Source: a virus
Taxonomy: Duplodnaviria; Heunggongvirae; Uroviricota; Caudoviricetes
Strand: one strand, 5' to 3'
IMG/VR virus record: IMGVR_UViG_2974649431_000001
Span: 92,282 to 156,281 of that record
DNA length: 64,000 nucleotides
Shown: in pieces, positions 36,195 through 44,460 of the stretch
Layout of the letters: each line of letters starts with the position of its first letter
Numbering within the stretch: the stretch's first letter is position 1
Made by a program: the position numbers and the translations under genes
Notes under the pieces: generated by a model
What the model was told of the DNA's origin: nothing
Databases searched by the model: none
Seen by the model: the letters and a program-made list of their open reading frames with translations, nothing else

Positions 36195-36235
36195 AGGTGG
36201 TACAATCCACTGTGTTCAACACAAAGGAGTTCTTC

Positions 36236-36688
36236 ATGAACGGTTACAAAGGGATGCTGTGCGCAGCATTGCTGGCTGCCTGTGCTTCGGCAGCAGCTCA
36301 AGACAGTGGTGTGCTCATCACGCGCAAGGCTGCGGGCACGGTCATCGCTTCCACGCCTCGCGCTGAGCAGAAGGTCTGTGCGGATGGGGGCGTCAACGGA
36401 GCCCACGTTGCCGGTGGCCTTCTGGGTGGGGCAGCAGGTGCAGGAGCCGCGAAGTTCTTCCGCCTGGGCAAGACTGCAACGGTGATCAGCGGCCTCGCAG
36501 GTGGTGCGGCCGGCACGATGATCGGCAACCAGGTCAGCAAGGACTGCAAGACCGTTCCTGCAGGCCACGACATCAGCGTCGAGTTCGCCGACAAGTCCGA
36601 GGTGCTCGTGAACTCCTCAGCTCCCCGCGTCGTCGGCAGTTCTGCTGTCGTCCTCTTCTACTCCAACGGCACGTTCGGACTCCGCTAA
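36236..36688 (+). CDS. glycine-zipper lipoprotein (SlyB / 17-kDa-antigen-like)
   Basis: Signal peptide with lipobox LAAC. GGLLGGAAGAGAA and GLAGGAAGTMIG glycine-zipper motifs. TGGTACAAT -10 and RBS AAAGGAG upstream. Confidence 0.55.
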   Translation: MNGYKGMLCAALLAACASAAAQDSGVLITRKAAGTVIASTPRAEQKVCADGGVNGAHVAGGLLGGAAGAGAAKFFRLGKTATVISGLAGGAAGTMIGNQVSKDCKTVPAGHDISVEFADKSEVLVNSSAPRVVGSSAVVLFYSNGTFGLR

Positions 36689-36689
36689 C

Positions 36690-37292
36690 ATGAAAACGAT
36701 CCGCATTTTCTTCGCGGCTATCGCAGCCGCACTCGCTTTCAGCGCTGCTGCACAGACGGTGGACATCAGCAGTCTTCCCAAGGAGGCTCAGGCCTCTATC
36801 CAGCAGCAGATCGCCGAGAAGACGGGCAACAAGACCTCCGGTGTCGTCGAGGCGAGCGCAGCGCTTCGCGGCGAGACCGAGAAGTGGGCTGAAGTCATCG
36901 TGGGTGCCGCAGTGAGTGGCGCGCAGAAGGCCAACATGGTCGTGGACGAGTTCTCCAAGACGACGGTCGGCAAGGTCACCATCGGCATCGTCGCATACAA
37001 ACTGATCGGCAAGGACGCTGTCTTGCTGCTCAACCAAGTGATCCGCTACATCACCGGCTTCGGCGTGATGCTCTTGGGCTGCGTCGTCGCCTACATCTTC
37101 TGGTTGAAAACGGAACGCATGCGGACCGTCGAGCAAACCCGAGAGCTCCAGCCCGTCCTCTTCGGCTTGACGCAGCGCCTCGTCACGGTGCGAAAAGTTC
37201 GCAGAGTGCAAGGGGACAATGACTGGCTGCCGGGCATTTTCATCAGCGTGGCTTGTGGAATCGCTGTTGGCGCGATGGTGGCGTTCGCCTAG
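36690..37292 (+). CDS. secreted/membrane protein (signal peptide + C-terminal TM segments)
   Basis: N-terminal FFAAIAAALAFSAAAQ signal-like; C-terminal hydrophobic segments. Confidence 0.5.
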   Translation: MKTIRIFFAAIAAALAFSAAAQTVDISSLPKEAQASIQQQIAEKTGNKTSGVVEASAALRGETEKWAEVIVGAAVSGAQKANMVVDEFSKTTVGKVTIGIVAYKLIGKDAVLLLNQVIRYITGFGVMLLGCVVAYIFWLKTERMRTVEQTRELQPVLFGLTQRLVTVRKVRRVQGDNDWLPGIFISVACGIAVGAMVAFA

Positions 37293-37556
37293 GTGTTCCG
37301 ATGCCCTGAATGCCGGACGCGCCGCAAGACCTTCGAAGGGATGCAGGCGCACCTGCAGAAGTCCGGTCATTCGTTATGCACTTGCGGTGGCTACCCCTAC
37401 AGTCACCGCAAGTTTTCTCCTTTCTGCTACCACAACCCCATGTCTTCGGTGCTGCACGCCGAACGAGCAGGCGCTACTGAAGAGGAACTGTTTGACATCC
37501 AGCTGGAATGTGTTATGCTTCCAGGACGTCCACTCAAAGTTTGGCCTTCATCATGA
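37293..37556 (+). CDS. C2H2-like zinc-finger protein (87 aa)
   Basis: FRCPECRTRRKTFEGMQAHLQKSGH (CxxC...HxxxxxH). Confidence 0.45.
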   Translation: MFRCPECRTRRKTFEGMQAHLQKSGHSLCTCGGYPYSHRKFSPFCYHNPMSSVLHAERAGATEEELFDIQLECVMLPGRPLKVWPSS

Positions 37557-38224
37557 AAATCGTTTCTGACTTCCGCGACTACTACGACCATTGCGGTCAC
37601 ATCTACGGCATCGACGAGGGACTGCGGTGCGACCGTATGCCCTTCCAGCCCGCGAAGCGCCCCGAATGGAAGTACGGCAAGAAGGTGCTCTACGGCGAAC
37701 TCAACTTCCCTGAAACGGTGGAGATCGAGCTGGCCCAGGCACTGCAAGACGTCATCGCCGGTGCCGCTACTCTCGAACAGCGCCTGTGGAACGAGGTGAA
37801 ATTCCTCGAGAAGCGTGCCATCGTGGTTGGCGACCACTACTTCGTTGTGGGCCGCGCTTACCGCGAAGTGGATATGCGTTGGATCACCGAACGGGTGCCG
37901 TATGGACCCTGGACTGTCCTCAGCCACGACATGCCCTCCTGGGTGAACGCACTCACGGAGCGCGTTGGTCGGCCCGTCTACGCAATCGTCGACAAGTTCC
38001 CCAGGGACGGAAAAATCGAACTGTCCAACCTCATCCCGAAGCTCTCGGAGTACGGCATCCCGAGCTTCCTGGGTGCTACGGATGCATACCGTTCCATCTA
38101 CACCTGCCTGACCAATGTGCTGCGCGCCGACCCCGACGCAATGCCGGAGTCTAAGCGGACTGACGTCGAGAAGGTCGAGTCTCACGGCTTCGACAAGCGC
38201 GTGAGCTTCCGGAAGCGCGTATAA
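37553..38224 (+). CDS. hypothetical protein (223 aa)
   Basis: ATGA overlap with the upstream stop. Confidence 0.5.
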   Translation: MKIVSDFRDYYDHCGHIYGIDEGLRCDRMPFQPAKRPEWKYGKKVLYGELNFPETVEIELAQALQDVIAGAATLEQRLWNEVKFLEKRAIVVGDHYFVVGRAYREVDMRWITERVPYGPWTVLSHDMPSWVNALTERVGRPVYAIVDKFPRDGKIELSNLIPKLSEYGIPSFLGATDAYRSIYTCLTNVLRADPDAMPESKRTDVEKVESHGFDKRVSFRKRV

Positions 38225-38231
38225 TCACCAA

Positions 38232-38480
38232 ATGACGCAAGCATACGACCTCGACCAATGCTACACAGCGGGCGAACTCAGGAGCAGGGGCTACAACTTC
38301 CCTGAGGTTGTCCCAGACTGTGCTTGGGTCCCTCGGGACTCCGTGGTCTTCAAAATCGAAGACTGGAAGGCGGAAGTCCAGGACGGAGTGATCGTGCTCC
38401 TCTATTCCATCGGCGCCTACTTCTTCGAGCCGTTCCGCTGGATTTCGGCAGAGTTCTTCGTGGAGTCGGTGAAGACATGA
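38232..38480 (+). CDS. hypothetical protein (82 aa)
   Basis: GTATAAT box upstream. Confidence 0.45.
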   Translation: MTQAYDLDQCYTAGELRSRGYNFPEVVPDCAWVPRDSVVFKIEDWKAEVQDGVIVLLYSIGAYFFEPFRWISAEFFVESVKT

Positions 38481-38782
38481 CTCTAGAACGGTGGCACGAC
38501 GCCAAAGACTCCGACGACCTCTTCGTTCAGATTTTCTACCTGAACCTCATCACCCGGATGCAGGTGAAGGCCATGGAACCCGACGAGATTGTCCTCTGGT
38601 TCCTGAAGGACCTCAACTGTGCGATCCGGCCATTGCTGGACAGCAAGCCCGGGAAGAAGCAAGAAGAGGAACTGAGAGCCTGGGAGGAATCCATGATCCC
38701 GTGGCGTCGGCAAATCGTGTTGGCGCACAATGAGCGCATCCGACTCTGCATCGAGGACAGAAAGAATGGCCGTTTACGTTGA
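38477..38782 (+). CDS. hypothetical protein (101 aa)
   Basis: ATGA overlap. Confidence 0.45.
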   Translation: MTLERWHDAKDSDDLFVQIFYLNLITRMQVKAMEPDEIVLWFLKDLNCAIRPLLDSKPGKKQEEELRAWEESMIPWRRQIVLAHNERIRLCIEDRKNGRLR

Positions 38783-39053
38783 CGACATGCACCTCACGCC
38801 CATGGGGCGTCTGGGGCGCATGAAGATGTGCCACATGGTGGCGGACACCGAAGAAGAACTGCACGCCATGGCGGAACAGCTGGGTGTCCGACAATGGTAC
38901 CAATACCCCGAGAAATCGAGGTACCCGCACTATGACATCGCAATGAGCAAACGCGCGCTCGCAGTGCAGCTGGGCGCAAAAGAAATTTCCATGAAGGGCG
39001 CCGTTGTGATATCCAAGGCGTGCCGTGACCTCATCAAAGGAGCAGCAACATGA
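38766..39053 (+). CDS. DUF4031-family protein
   Basis: MAVYVDDM...MCHMVADTEEELHAMAEQLGV...HYDI matches DUF4031. Confidence 0.5.
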   Translation: MAVYVDDMHLTPMGRLGRMKMCHMVADTEEELHAMAEQLGVRQWYQYPEKSRYPHYDIAMSKRALAVQLGAKEISMKGAVVISKACRDLIKGAAT

Positions 39054-39364
39054 AGACAGCAATGATCACCTTCCGAGCATCGGGCCCTGGTGGCGATTAC
39101 GACGTGACAGTGCCTGGAGTGGTGTCCGACAATGGACGCTCCGCCTGGATCTGTTGGCCAGGGGAGGAAGTCCCGACGAAGCTCAGCACGTCCTTCGAGC
39201 ACACGCCCCTGGAGACCTTTTGGGACGCACAGCGACGCTACATGGAGAAGGAAGCGACTGCGCGCAAGGAATTCGGCGACGAAATGGCGGTGATCAACGC
39301 ATTTCAAGCCGAAGCGCATGCCATCCGGGCATTCTTCGAAGACGTGGGGAAGCAAATATCGTGA
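39050..39364 (+). CDS. hypothetical protein (104 aa)
   Basis: ORF. Confidence 0.5.
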   Translation: MKTAMITFRASGPGGDYDVTVPGVVSDNGRSAWICWPGEEVPTKLSTSFEHTPLETFWDAQRRYMEKEATARKEFGDEMAVINAFQAEAHAIRAFFEDVGKQIS

Positions 39365-39531
39365 ACCAGCCGCATGTCCTGTCTCGGAAGGTCGCCGGGT
39401 TCTCCTACTGCACCCACTGCGGCCTGATAGCGCTGGCAAACGCTGAGACGAGGAAGGCCCTCCAGAAGGGCTGTGCGGAACGCGCAAAGATCGACGCTGA
39501 GACCAAAAAGAAGAAAAAGAGTGTAGACTAG
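39361..39531 (+). CDS. hypothetical small basic protein (56 aa)
   Basis: GTG start overlapping the upstream TGA; CTHCG; Lys-rich tail. Confidence 0.3.
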   Translation: MNQPHVLSRKVAGFSYCTHCGLIALANAETRKALQKGCAERAKIDAETKKKKKSVD

Positions 39532-39553
39532 CGCTGTTTTATAGGAGCACATC

Positions 39554-39895
39554 ATGGCAGTGAAAACGACAGGGGCGGAGTTCAAGCAGTTCTACAACGA
39601 CGAAAAGGTCTGGGAAGGCGACGCCTGGCACGAAGACGTCGTACTCAGAGTGGACGGCAAGTACGTCGACGAAGGTGAAGACCTGAACGACCTCCCCGAT
39701 AATGCCTCGGTCGTCATCGAGGGAGGCTGCATGCTGGACGGCCCTTACAAGGACAAGGACGTCTCCATGGAGACCGTCTTCAAGCGCTGGCGCAAGCAGC
39801 TCACCGCGCAAACCGTGGTCGTGGAAGTCGACAACGCATACCTGGAAGCCGTTGTCGCAGCCATCAAGGCTGCCGGCGGCAAGATCATCAAGTAA
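39554..39895 (+). CDS. hypothetical acidic protein (113 aa)
   Basis: RBS TAGGAG. Confidence 0.5.
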   Translation: MAVKTTGAEFKQFYNDEKVWEGDAWHEDVVLRVDGKYVDEGEDLNDLPDNASVVIEGGCMLDGPYKDKDVSMETVFKRWRKQLTAQTVVVEVDNAYLEAVVAAIKAAGGKIIK

Positions 39896-39922
39896 CCATT
39901 CATCAACTGAAAGAGAGAAGCT

Positions 39923-40819
39923 GTGAACTATTTCAAATCCCTGCTGCTGGCCTTCATGGCGGCGCTGTCGATGGTCCTTGTGGGCTGCGGCGAACGCGTG
40001 GACGTGCCTCCCGCGCTGGTCGCGAAGATCGTCACGAAGGACGGCTACAAGGAAGGCATCATCCCGACGTCCAAGTTCCGCCTGGACCCCTGCATGGCCT
40101 ACTGTGACAAGCTGGTCCTGCTGGACGCCTCGGACAAGTCCGTGGGCGAGTCCATCGAAATCTTCATGCCCAAGGACAAGCTGAACATGAAGATCGACCT
40201 GAAGATGACCCTCTCGGTCAGCCCGGCCAAGTACGAGGAGGTCTTCAAGAACGTAGCGCCGGCGTCCAGCAGCGAGAAGGACTCGCCGATCTACTACATC
40301 CCGTGGGAGACCGTCTACTCGACCTATGCGAAGCAGATCCTGATCAGCGAGGCGCGTGAGTACCTCAGCCAGTACAGCATCGGGGAGATTTCTTCCAACC
40401 TGGAGCGCGTGAACCAGGAACTGAGCGCACAGCTGAGCAAGTCCATTGCGAGCCGCACGCCCTTCGTGGCACGCTTCGTCGGTCTGGCCAATCCGCGGTA
40501 CCCCGATATCATCGTGAAGGCCCAGGAGAACGCAGCGGAACGCCGGGAGCGCATCGAACAGGAAAACGCCCAGCTGGAGATCAGCCGCGTGGAACTGGAA
40601 CGCAAGCTGCAGGAAGCGAACCTGAAGCGGAAGGTCGAAGTGACCAAGGCACAAGCTGACGCCGAAGTCGCAGCCATCCAGTCCAAGGCTATGACGCCGG
40701 AGTACCGCGCCTACCGCCAGCTGGAAGTCCTGGAGAAGATGGCCGACTCCGACAACAAGGTCTTCATCCCCGTCGGCATGCTGGATGGGCTGGCAGTCCA
40801 GAGCATGATCGGCAAGTAA
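39923..40819 (+). CDS. SPFH/band-7 domain lipoprotein
   Basis: Signal peptide with lipobox LVGC. SPFH-like core. C-terminal coiled coil (ERRERIEQENAQLEISRVELERKLQEANLKRKVE). GTG start after AGAGAGAAG. Confidence 0.6.
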   Translation: MNYFKSLLLAFMAALSMVLVGCGERVDVPPALVAKIVTKDGYKEGIIPTSKFRLDPCMAYCDKLVLLDASDKSVGESIEIFMPKDKLNMKIDLKMTLSVSPAKYEEVFKNVAPASSSEKDSPIYYIPWETVYSTYAKQILISEAREYLSQYSIGEISSNLERVNQELSAQLSKSIASRTPFVARFVGLANPRYPDIIVKAQENAAERRERIEQENAQLEISRVELERKLQEANLKRKVEVTKAQADAEVAAIQSKAMTPEYRAYRQLEVLEKMADSDNKVFIPVGMLDGLAVQSMIGK

Positions 40820-40846
40820 CCCTCCGACCACCACAGACATAGAAAG

Positions 40847-40870
40847 ACAGGGGATTCGTCCCCTGTTTGC
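40847..40870 (+). terminator. rho-independent terminator
   Basis: CAGGGGA-ttcg-TCCCCTG + TTT. Confidence 0.55.
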
Positions 40871-40874
40871 ACGA

Positions 40875-41267
40875 ATGACATACCTCATCAATGTTCTCCT
40901 CAGCGCGCAACCCTTCCTGGTGGCTGCGCTGGTCATCGCAGTGTTGGGCTTCGCAGTTCCCCGGCTGTTCTTCTACGCAGTCAACTACGGTCACAACACA
41001 TTCAGTCACACCCTGCAGGACTACATCGACCGAGGTACCCACGTTCTCGCCGGTGTCGTTGCAGTCGCCGGCATCACCTTCGGGCTCATCGCAAGCGGGA
41101 ACACCACCAAGCTGGGCTCCGACGGGAAAGCGCAGGCACAGCAGGCGATCGTGCAGCAGCTAGAAAGCCCACCCACCGCGGGTCCTATCGTGGACAAGAG
41201 CAGGAGCACTGCAAAGTCCGCGAGTGACAGCAAAGCCGACTTCGACGAGATGGTCAGGTACAAGTGA
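40875..41267 (+). CDS. membrane protein (130 aa)
   Basis: Multiple hydrophobic segments. Confidence 0.5.
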   Translation: MTYLINVLLSAQPFLVAALVIAVLGFAVPRLFFYAVNYGHNTFSHTLQDYIDRGTHVLAGVVAVAGITFGLIASGNTTKLGSDGKAQAQQAIVQQLESPPTAGPIVDKSRSTAKSASDSKADFDEMVRYK

Positions 41268-41282
41268 AAGAGTTCGTACCAG

Positions 41283-41305
41283 GGGCTGAGAAGCCCCATT
41301 TCGTC
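41283..41305 (+). terminator. terminator-like hairpin
   Basis: GGGGCT-gaga-AGCCCC + ATTTCGT. Confidence 0.4.
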
Positions 41306-41524
41306 AAGTACGGCATCTGGACGTGCTACACGGTGGACGCTCAAGGGGAGAAGGCTATGGCGTGACCCCTAAGGACGCGCTCAGCAACTACCGATTCTGG
41401 ATGGAGTTCTCCAAGCCGCCTTTCCGTGCGTTCATGGCGCCGCCGAAAAATTTCTTGGAAAAGTTCTTGGAATGGATGAAAGGCGTATATAATAGAGGCA
41501 ACTAAACACTTTCAGGAGAACAAC

Positions 41525-41740
41525 ATGGCAAAGAACCAAACGTCGCTCGACAACATCCTCATCGGCTCGCTCAACGAGATCGCAAGAATCCGTAAGGAAG
41601 CGCTCGCCGACATTCAGAAGGTTTGCAAGTCTGCGAGTGGCACCGTCGATTCTTTCCGGGATGAAGTGCAAAAAATCCTGGACGTCGAAGAGCGGCGTGT
41701 CAAGGAAGCGCTGGATAAGCGTGCGCGTGCACTGAAGTAA
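41525..41740 (+). CDS. hypothetical small protein, paralog A (71 aa)
   Basis: QTSLDNILIGSLNEIARIRKEALADIQK; paralog of 41827..42075. Confidence 0.5.
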   Translation: MAKNQTSLDNILIGSLNEIARIRKEALADIQKVCKSASGTVDSFRDEVQKILDVEERRVKEALDKRARALK

Positions 41741-41826
41741 CCGGCGGAAAATTTCTTCCAAAAGCTCCTGGAACAGCTGAAAAAGAACATACAATAGAGG
41801 CAAGCAAACAGTTTCAGGAGTACATC

Positions 41827-42075
41827 ATGGGAATGCGGCAGACCGCGATCGACAATATCGTGATCGCATCGTTGAACGACATTTGCAAGGCACGCAAGGA
41901 AGCCTTGGATCACATCGCTAAGCACCAGCACAGCGTCACCGGCGGACTGTTGCAGCTCGTCATCAAAGTCGCGCTGGACTACGAAGCTCAGCAGGTCAAG
42001 GAAATCCTGGACCGGCGGGCAGTCCAAGAAGCGGCTGTCATGGCCAAAAGTTACCCCGACGAGGAGCCGGAGTAA
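41827..42075 (+). CDS. hypothetical small protein, paralog B (82 aa)
   Basis: QTAIDNIVIASLNDICKARKEALDHIAK. Confidence 0.5.
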   Translation: MGMRQTAIDNIVIASLNDICKARKEALDHIAKHQHSVTGGLLQLVIKVALDYEAQQVKEILDRRAVQEAAVMAKSYPDEEPE

Positions 42076-42076
42076 C

Positions 42077-42544
42077 ATGCTCGAGAACCCAACGACATCG
42101 TGGACTTGCTTCCACTGCGACGAGCGCTTCGACACGCCGGAAACGGCAGCGGAGCACTTCGGCCGAACCGACTATCAGAAGCCGGCGTGCCAGGTCGACA
42201 TCGCCGAGTACCGAGCGATGGAGCAGCGGCTTCTCGCGTACTCCGCTGAGGACACCGACCTCCATCGCGAGCTCGAGGCTAAGCTGAGCGCACACCAGTT
42301 GGCGCTTGAACGCGCGGAGGAAAGAGGGTACTCCAGGGGCCTTCGAGACGCCAAGCGCTTTCCCGCTGACCTAGGTCTCGTGCCTAGCGAAGACCTGGAC
42401 AACCTGAAGAGCGACCTCTACAACCTGGTCGTCGCCATGGACTCTGTCCGCGACCTGCTGGTCAGGCAGCACAAGATGCACCACAGCGACTTCATCGTCG
42501 AACTTGCGGGTGTAGTGACGGCAACGCCCCGCATCACGTTGTAA
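42077..42544 (+). CDS. hypothetical protein with N-terminal CxxC...H zinc-finger-like motif
   Basis: WTCFHCDERFDTPETAAEHF. Confidence 0.5.
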   Translation: MLENPTTSWTCFHCDERFDTPETAAEHFGRTDYQKPACQVDIAEYRAMEQRLLAYSAEDTDLHRELEAKLSAHQLALERAEERGYSRGLRDAKRFPADLGLVPSEDLDNLKSDLYNLVVAMDSVRDLLVRQHKMHHSDFIVELAGVVTATPRITL

Positions 42545-42553
42545 GGACGCCAC

Positions 42554-42706
42554 ATGCTCGCCATCGCATACGCCCTGCTGAAAGCAGCCCTAGTCACGCT
42601 TGGCTGCTTCGCTGTGATTGACGCTGTACGCCCCTCCACGAAGATGGGCATCAAGGTGGGCTGGGGTCTGCTGTTGGCAGCGGTCTCCCTTTGCCTGGAC
42701 CTCTAA
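42554..42706 (+). CDS. small membrane protein (50 aa)
   Basis: Sub-threshold ORF with two hydrophobic segments; RBS AAGGACG. Confidence 0.3.
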   Translation: MLAIAYALLKAALVTLGCFAVIDAVRPSTKMGIKVGWGLLLAAVSLCLDL

Positions 42707-42707
42707 A

Positions 42708-42792
42708 GTTCCTGGAACTGTTACATCTTTTTTGTCAAACTGTTTGAAATCTTTGTTATACTAGCGGCACAGCAAAGGAAATGCTGCTTTTT
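42708..42792 (+). promoter_or_regulatory. degenerate class-A promoter copy 4 with leader hairpin
   Basis: Perfect palindrome AGTTCCTGGAACT (42708-20). -35 TTGTCA (42732-37) and -10 TATACT (42757-62). Leader GGCACAGCAAAGG. Hairpin CAGCA-aaggaaa-TGCTG followed by TTTTT (42770-92). Confidence 0.5.
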
Positions 42793-42811
42793 AACTCCCA
42801 GGAGATACATC

Positions 42812-43780
42812 ATGGCACACGAAATCACCAACACCAACGGCATGGACGAAATGGCCTTCACGGGCAGCCGTGCTGCAATCTGGCATGGCCTCGGCCAAGA
42901 ACTGCCGGTCGGCGCAAGCATCGCTGAGTGGCGCAAGGCCGCCGGCATGGACTGGGAGGCGATGGAGTCCCTGGTCAGCTACAACGCCCTCGGCGAGACC
43001 AAGTTCGCACCGGACAAGAAGCTGCTGTTCCGCAGCGACAACAAGGAAGCGCTGGGCATCGTCGGCAGCGACTACAAGATCGTCCAGCCGGGGCAGGTCC
43101 TGGGCTTCTTCGACGACCTGACCAAGCTCCATGGCATGCGCCTCAGCACTGCTGGCACGCTGTTCGGCGGCAAGCGCTTCTGGGCACTCGCCGAGACCAG
43201 CAACAAGGCCGACGTGGTGGGTGGCGACGAGGTCGGCGCATACCTGCTGCTCACGACCAGCGTGGACGGGACGATGTCCACCCAAGCGCGCTACACCAGC
43301 ATCCGCGTGGTGTGCAACAACACCCTGACGATCGCACTCAGCGGCAACGCCAAGCGCGCTGTGAAGATGACGCACCACCGGGAATGGGACCCCACGCAGG
43401 TCAAGATCGACATGGGCCTGCTGGGCGAATCCTGGGCCGGCTACCTGGGCAAGCTCCGTGCGCTCAGCGAAATCAAGATGAGCGAGCAGGACACCCGCAA
43501 GTTCTACGAAAAGATGTTCTATAATCCCAGCAAGGCAGAGCCGACGACCGCTGAGCAGCGTACCGTCGACATGCTGATGGAAAAGGCCTTCGCTGGCATC
43601 GGCAGCGAGATGAGCGCCGGCACCGCCTGGGGTGCGCTGAACGGAGCCACCGAGCTCTACACGCACTGGAAGGGCAATCGCGACCTGAGCCGGCAGTTCT
43701 GGGACGCGTTCGCCGGTGAGCAGTCTGATAAGAAGGACATGGTCCTCAACGGCTTGGTCGAACAGTTCGAAATCGCATAA
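42812..43780 (+). CDS. DUF932-family protein
   Basis: LFGGKRFWAL...YLLLTTSVDGTMS...RVVCNNTL matches the DUF932 pattern. Confidence 0.55.
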   Translation: MAHEITNTNGMDEMAFTGSRAAIWHGLGQELPVGASIAEWRKAAGMDWEAMESLVSYNALGETKFAPDKKLLFRSDNKEALGIVGSDYKIVQPGQVLGFFDDLTKLHGMRLSTAGTLFGGKRFWALAETSNKADVVGGDEVGAYLLLTTSVDGTMSTQARYTSIRVVCNNTLTIALSGNAKRAVKMTHHREWDPTQVKIDMGLLGESWAGYLGKLRALSEIKMSEQDTRKFYEKMFYNPSKAEPTTAEQRTVDMLMEKAFAGIGSEMSAGTAWGALNGATELYTHWKGNRDLSRQFWDAFAGEQSDKKDMVLNGLVEQFEIA

Positions 43781-43808
43781 TGGGGACGGGGCGAAAGCCC
43801 CGGTCATA

Positions 43809-44054
43809 ATGGCAAGCAAGAAGACATACCTGGTCAAGGTGACCAACGAGCGTGACTACAGCGGTCGGCTCACAGCGGTCGTCATCACGGCATACGACCG
43901 CTTCAACGCGAAGAACAGCGTGGCTGAAGGTCGCTTGGAGACCACAGAGCACGCCCCGGTCATCGCACCCGACCTGATCGCGGAAGTCGTTGCTGACTTC
44001 CAAGCTGGTCGCTTCCCCGAGGAAATCTTCCATGCTGATCCTGAAACCGTCTGA
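43809..44054 (+). CDS. hypothetical protein (81 aa)
   Basis: ORF after the GC hairpin at 43786-43806. Confidence 0.45.
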   Translation: MASKKTYLVKVTNERDYSGRLTAVVITAYDRFNAKNSVAEGRLETTEHAPVIAPDLIAEVVADFQAGRFPEEIFHADPETV

Positions 44055-44460
44055 CTCGTTCATCGGCTTCCCTGTCGGGGATGTATCCGGCGACATGTGG
44101 GACAGCTTCTCCAGGGCTCGCGATGCCATTGCGGCAGCTAAAGACGCGAAGCGCCTCGAGATGTGGAAGGCTGTTGCAGCCAACTACAACAAAAGCAAGT
44201 TTCCCTGGTCCAAGCGCATCGACCCTGACACAGCGCGGGACTGGTACGACAAGAACCATCGGGCAACCAGGGGCCTCTACGGCAATCCCTGGTTGCCATG
44301 CGGACTCCACTCGCAGCGCATCGACAACATGCACTCGGACGTGCTCGACTTCATCGACTCGCTGGAGAAAAGCCAGTGGCTCGAAGCCACCTTCGTGGTT
44401 TATGTCCCCCTGAAAACCTTCAACTCTTACCAAAGGCTCATCGATGAAAATCCGCACTGA
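44032..44460 (+). CDS. hypothetical protein (142 aa)
   Basis: ORF 43990..44460 with ATG at 44032. Confidence 0.45.
   Translation: MLILKPSDSFIGFPVGDVSGDMWDSFSRARDAIAAAKDAKRLEMWKAVAANYNKSKFPWSKRIDPDTARDWYDKNHRATRGLYGNPWLPCGLHSQRIDNMHSDVLDFIDSLEKSQWLEATFVVYVPLKTFNSYQRLIDENPH

Larger units (their letters stand above)
41437..42075 (+). repeat. tandem duplication of a promoter + small-gene unit (~305 nt x2, diverged)
   Basis: Shared upstream GAAAA(A)TTTCTT(GG/CC)AAAAG(T/C)TC(T/C)TGGAA, -10 TATAATAGAGGCAAC / TACAATAGAGGCAAG, leader AAACA(C/G)TTTCAGGAG and paralogous ORFs. Confidence 0.55.

Noticed and set aside
35521-36235. Group I/II intron or tmRNA/RNase P identity for the long non-coding region.
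   Set aside because: No interrupted host gene flanks it and no homing-endonuclease ORF is present. I could not find the tRNA-like T-arm/CCA end of tmRNA or the conserved P4/P7 or RNase P motifs by eye. It is left as an unclassified candidate ncRNA.
41323-41505. 60-aa ORF in the 41.3-41.5 kb gap.
   Set aside because: It coincides with the duplicated promoter/upstream element (its C-terminal codons are the conserved GAAAAATTTCTTGGAAAAG repeat), so the sequence is better explained as regulatory DNA.
43786-43806. Hairpin CGGGGC-gaaa-GCCCCG after the DUF932 gene as an intrinsic terminator.
   Set aside because: It is a strong stem, but no U-tract follows (ATAATGGCA). It may be a processing or stability element, but it was not called as a terminator.
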